A DNA stretch of 64,000 nucleotides from Candidatus Delongbacteria bacterium (GTDB lineage: Bacteria; CAIWAD01). The stretch is from contig OY760505.1 in the NCBI GenBank assembly GCA_963663545.1, forward strand, positions 3,168,001 to 3,232,000. Reading direction: 5' to 3'. Every line of letters begins with the position of its first letter. The first letter of the stretch is position 1. A model generated the notes under the pieces. The model was not told the DNA's origin. It ran no database searches and saw only the letters and a list, made by a program, of their open reading frames with translations. This document shows, in pieces, positions 62,819 through 64,000 of this stretch. Made by a program: the position numbers and the translations under genes.

Positions 62819-64000
62819 GGCAGTTCATCCAGTTTGCGCGGTCCGTGACCACGGGACATTCCGGCTACACCATCGCCGTCGTTTGTTCGTTCTGTGCGTG
62901 AAGCGCTTGCCCTACGTATTTTCTCTTCTGCCAGGGCCGGGTCTGGCAACGTGAACCCGGAATTGCGCAGACTCTCTTCAAGCGGCCGATCGAGACGAAC
63001 CTTTACGTCGCGCTGTTCCAGATTCAGGCGCACGCCCTCACCGCAATTGCGACACATCTCAAACTGTCCCCGATCCTGGAAGATGGCGCGTCTGAAATCC
63101 TGATAGCGCTTGCTGTGCCACAAGTCGCGAAAGCTGTGCTCCTGGAGCTGGCCAATGGCAAACTGACTGCTCTTGTCGAAGCAGCAGACGCAGAGTTCGC
63201 CGCCCGCGTTCAACACAGGCTGGGTCCACAACCGTTTGCAGCGATTGCGATAGCCGTGTTTCAGCGCAAAATGTTGCGTACCGGATTCATCCTCAACGAC
63301 CTGATAGCGAGAGCGGGAGATATCCTCCGGCAGCCAGACGTCGATGTCTTCATCATCGTAGATCTGTACCGTCTTCAACGTGAGGCGATCAACACCGCAC
63401 TCGCGCGCCAACCGGTCAATCAGGGCAATTTCATGCTCGTTGTGACGCATCACGATGAACTGCAGATGTATCACAGGCGTGCTGCTGTTCAGTCGCCGTT
63501 TGGTTTCAACCAGCTCCTTCAGTCCGCGTATCACAAGGTCAAAATCGCCGCTACGCCGGTAGGCGGCGTAGCTCTCGGCGCTTGCACCATCCACAGACAC
63601 AAGAAGCGTACCCAGGCCGGAGCGTACGATCTCTTCGCAATTCTCCAGAAAGTGACCGTTTGTGGAGGCATAGGTCCAGATGCGTTTGGCGGTAGCGTAG
63701 CGCACCATGTCCCAGAATCGCTTATGTAAGAAGCTCTCGCCCTGATTCCACAGCAGCAGCATGAAAAGCGCGTGTGACAATTCGTCGAGTACTCGCGTGT
63801 AAAGATCGTAGTCCAAAAAGGCCTTTGGGCGTCCCAGTGTACCTGCGCCGGTGGGGCAGAGGGGGCATTTCAGGTTGCAGGCATTGGTAGGCTCTACCAT
63901 TAGCACGGAGGGCAGGCCAGCGACAATCGGCCTGGAAAGCAGATCGCTGAGGCCCAGCGATCCGTAAAGCTTGGCACCATTCCACAGTCGTGATACAGAT
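62815..64000 (-). CDS. Radical SAM/SPASM protein, 5' end outside the window
   Basis: EPTNACNLKCPLC, NQGE, STNG, SVDG, SPASM/twitch C...CC...CRNC. The frame stays open from 63906 to the window edge (SVSRLWNGAKLYGSLGLSDLLSRPIVAGLPSV). Confidence 0.92.
   Translation of the reverse strand, partial: SVSRLWNGAKLYGSLGLSDLLSRPIVAGLPSVLMVEPTNACNLKCPLCPTGAGTLGRPKAFLDYDLYTRVLDELSHALFMLLLWNQGESFLHKRFWDMVRYATAKRIWTYASTNGHFLENCEEIVRSGLGTLLVSVDGASAESYAAYRRSGDFDLVIRGLKELVETKRRLNSSTPVIHLQFIVMRHNEHEIALIDRLARECGVDRLTLKTVQIYDDEDIDVWLPEDISRSRYQVVEDESGTQHFALKHGYRNRCKRLWTQPVLNAGGELCVCCFDKSSQFAIGQLQEHSFRDLWHSKRYQDFRRAIFQDRGQFEMCRNCGEGVRLNLEQRDVKVRLDRPLEESLRNSGFTLPDPALAEEKIRRASASRTERTNDGDGVAGMSRGHGPRKLDELP

Larger units (their letters stand above)
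817..63996. repeat. Highly iterated dispersed 7-8 bp motif GTGATAC(A) / (T)GTATCAC
   Basis: About 99 exact copies by manual scan, for example 817, 2071, 4081, 9137, 9144, 14372, 24252, 36061, 47682, 55914, 60021, 63990. Dozens of GTGACAC/GTGTCAC and GTAACAC/GTGTTAC variants. Confidence 0.9.

Noticed and set aside
817..63996. GTGATAC as a Chi- or KOPS-like polar motif, or as parS/matS/CRP sites
   Set aside because: Both orientations are about equally common (roughly 55 to 44). The copies are single short sites and do not form the longer palindromes of parS, matS or CRP boxes.

Overview
Chromosomal window from a moderately GC-rich (roughly 55-60% by eye) diderm bacterium. Por/T9SS-type C-terminal domains and the sigma54-activator/lptE/Omp85 gene order suggest an FCB-group lineage (inference). 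It holds housekeeping genes (yraN, comEC, uvrB, purD, coaE, cysS, rdgB, an epimerase, a UbiA prenyltransferase). It also holds many large secreted or surface proteins: an S8 protease, a 2035-aa beta-helix/FN3 protein, a 2361-aa Ig-repeat adhesin with dockerin and cohesin, a second cohesin protein and a probably inactive M6-like protease. A glyco-envelope operon lies at the right end. I saw no rRNA, tRNA, CRISPR array, transposase or integrase. The strongest unexplained signal is not a gene. The 7-mer GTGATAC/GTATCAC occurs about 99 times by manual count, against roughly 6 expected. It lies on both strands, in several codon phases and in intergenic DNA, and has many GTRWYAC variants. This density resembles a DNA-uptake sequence or a HIP1-like iterated motif, and the motif has clear cold spots. 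Other notable items are sigma54 (-24/-12) promoters in front of secreted-protein genes, a sigma54-driven multi-hairpin sRNA or leader candidate, a TruC-methyltransferase fusion, and a protein fusing a Cys-cluster, an inactive HD-CE-like domain and an eIF2B-like domain. All counts and domain calls were made by eye, without database searches.
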